Assembly (NCBI RefSeq): GCF_003334255.1
Contig: NZ_QOWU01000071.1
Source: Escherichia coli
GTDB taxonomy: Bacteria > Pseudomonadota > Gammaproteobacteria > Enterobacterales > Enterobacteriaceae
Reading direction: 5' to 3' (one strand)
DNA: 19,170 bases
Both the position numbers and the translations under genes were made by a program. Numbering within the stretch: position 1 is the first letter of the stretch; every line of letters begins with the position of its first letter. Positions 17,177 to 19,170 of this stretch are shown here, piece after piece. Below the pieces are notes generated by a model that did not search any database, was not told the origin of the DNA, and worked only from the letters and a program-made list of their open reading frames with translations.

Positions 17177-17287
17177 TTATCTGTCAACCAGTTCCCGGAT
17201 CAGCTCCAGGATAGCTATCACTGCATTGGCCACAGCAACAACAGCCCTGAGAACGATGATTAACAGGTTAATCATCCGCTTCTCCAT
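17177..17287 (-). CDS. Type I toxin-like small hydrophobic peptide, copy A (36 aa; 32 aa if started at second ATG)
   Basis: MEKRMINLLIIVLRAVVAVANAVIAILELIRELVDR; GGAG lies 7 nt upstream of the second ATG (17275). Copy B differs almost only at synonymous sites. Confidence 0.6.
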   Translation of the reverse strand: MEKRMINLLIIVLRAVVAVANAVIAILELIRELVDR

Positions 17288-17534
17288 CAATGGAGAAAGA
17301 ACGCCGTGGTTTGCCCTTACATTGCCTGTCGCCACGTTTTCTATAGTGTCAGTTATAGACAGTTCTTCTCCGGCCAGAGCACCAAAACCAGCACCACCTG
17401 ATGTTTTGGCCAGGACTTGCAATCTGTTCATCCCTGGAACGATATGCCGGAAAGAACGTACCTCAAGGCTGACACACCGAGTATATACTTATACGATGCT
17501 TGCAGAAATATTATTTCAGCCGTATTATTTCATA

Positions 17535-17621
17535 GTCAGTTATAGACAGTTATCTTCCGGTCAGGGCTACCAAGTTCGATCCGGAATCGTAAAAAAACCG
17601 GCCTCACCAGTCGGTTTTTTT
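17535..17621 (+). ncRNA. Candidate antitoxin small RNA, copy A
   Basis: Sigma70-like promoter TTGCAG-17 nt-TATTAT (17500-17528); intrinsic terminator ACCGGC-CTCACCA-GTCGGT plus seven T (17597-17621). 5' region 17535-17551 is a direct repeat of 17348-17364, hence complementary to the peptide mRNA leader. Confidence 0.4.
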
Positions 17622-17878
17622 ACATCTGTATATATCTGCTCCGGACTGCGCCCTGAGTCTCCCGTTGAAAATTGCCTTTTGAATTTTACGAAATACGGCA
17701 AATGGTGGATGGATGTCGAATATATTTCCAGGGGAGTTCCGGGGAAAAGCCGGCTCATGTTTGACTCACGGGAACAGACGCTGGAAGTGCAGAAAGATTT
17801 TCGATTTTTAACCTGAGCATATTTTGTTAAAGGGCAGAAGACGGTGACCCTCTGCCCTTAAGTACGTTTCCGGGATTA

Positions 17879-17986
17879 TCAGTCAACCAGTTCCCGGATC
17901 AGTTCCAGGAGAGCTATCACTGCGTTAGCCACAGCAACAACCGCCCTGAGAACGATGATTAACAGGTTAATCATCCGTTTCTCCAT
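17879..17986 (-). CDS. Type I toxin-like small hydrophobic peptide, copy B (35 aa)
   Basis: MEKRMINLLIIVLRAVVAVANAVIALLELIRELVD; versus copy A five synonymous changes, one I-to-L change and loss of the terminal Arg. Confidence 0.55.
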   Translation of the reverse strand: MEKRMINLLIIVLRAVVAVANAVIALLELIRELVD

Positions 17987-18279
17987 CAATGGAGGAAATC
18001 ACTGTTGTTTACTCTTACATTGCCTGTCACAACAGCTCTTTCATTGTTAGCTGAAAAGAGACTTCCTCCGGCCAGAGCACCAGACGCAGCACCACCTGTT
18101 TGTCTGGCCAGGTCTTTGAATAGCACAGATCCATAGTCCCGATGGATTGATGCGAAGGTAAGTCTCCAGACAAGGCTAACTTGCTGATTATACTTGTTTC
18201 AGGCGATATCGCTACTCCCGGAACAATAGACTGTAACGAACAGATTGCGATCAGGTGAATATAACGATATTCTGGTAAC

Positions 18280-18366
18280 GTTAGTTGAAAAGAGACTTCC
18301 TCCGGGCCAGAGCCACCAACTCTCCCTGGGATCGCAAAAAAGCCGGCCTCACCAGTCGGCTTTTTT
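18280..18366 (+). ncRNA. Candidate antitoxin small RNA, copy B
   Basis: Promoter-like TTGCGA-17 nt-TATTCT (18245-18273); terminator GCCGGC-CTCACCA-GTCGGC plus T-run (18341-18366). 18286-18305 is a direct repeat of 18052-18071 in the copy-B peptide leader. Confidence 0.35.
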
Positions 18367-18579
18367 GTGCCTGTCTCTCACCACCTTCTGCTGTTCCTGT
18401 GAAAATGCCCTGCTGAATTCATCCCTGCCCGGTCATTACCGGCGATTGTTCGTATTCATTCCACTCAGCCTCATCACGAAATTAATCCATTTATCTATGG
18501 AGGAATCCCCGTGTCTTACCAACAGACGTCTGCCAGTGAAGCACCAACAGAGATTTGGTATATCGTCGGTATCATATGC

Positions 18580-19170
<591 letters not shown>

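Larger units (their letters stand above)
17117..17819. repeat. Tandem repeat unit A (about 700 bp) containing a toxin-like peptide gene and a putative sRNA
   Basis: 17123-17300 is about 95% identical to 17826-18003; downstream parts diverge but keep the same architecture. Confidence 0.75.
17820..18420. repeat. Tandem repeat unit B (diverged copy of unit A)
   Basis: Same order of elements as unit A: hairpin, 36-codon ORF, leader repeat, promoter-like element, repeat, terminator. Confidence 0.7.

Noticed and set aside
17177-17431. 84-aa ORF with a Gly/Ala-rich N-terminal half and a possible double-glycine leader (MNRLQVLAKTSGG), suggesting a microcin-like precursor
   Set aside because: The N-terminal 48 codons are not conserved in copy B, which has a frameshift there, while the C-terminal 36 codons are conserved with synonymous changes. 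The upstream part is better explained as mRNA leader carrying the sRNA target.
17226-17816. 196-aa plus-strand ORF spanning repeat unit A
   Set aside because: Runs antisense through the peptide gene and across a terminator and promoter-like elements; no RBS; not preserved in unit B.
17117-18420. Possible CRISPR array because of tandem repeats
   Set aside because: Repeat units are about 700 bp and contain ORFs and promoter/terminator elements; there is no short repeat-spacer periodicity.

Overview
This 19.2-kb window reads as a mosaic accessory region of an enterobacterial IncFII-type plasmid. All family assignments come from reading the translations and sequence by eye; no database search or computation was possible. 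Left to right: (1) the 3' end of an IS66-family element (1-296) abutting a Tn3-family transposon (small ORF and tnpR on the minus strand, res-like region, tnpA on the plus strand, 38-bp terminal inverted repeat at 4255-4292); (2) an IncFII-like replicon (oriR-like region with a DnaA box, repA1 on the minus strand, overlapping leader-peptide ORF, CopA-like antisense stem-loop); (3) a divergently oriented locus led by an NGN-domain NusG/RfaH paralog, two tandem intrinsic terminators, then three genes of unknown function, the last with a duplicated 3' module; (4) a DUF1778/GNAT type II toxin-antitoxin pair with a palindromic operator; (5) an AT-rich island with a phosphoethanolamine-transferase-like membrane enzyme; (6) a secreted SNase-type nuclease; (7) a small three-gene operon; (8) most interesting, two tandem diverged modules that each look like a type I toxin-antitoxin locus: a 36-codon hydrophobic peptide gene on the minus strand plus a divergent small RNA on the plus strand with its own promoter and terminator, each RNA complementary to the leader of its own peptide mRNA. 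The window ends inside an IS3-family element.
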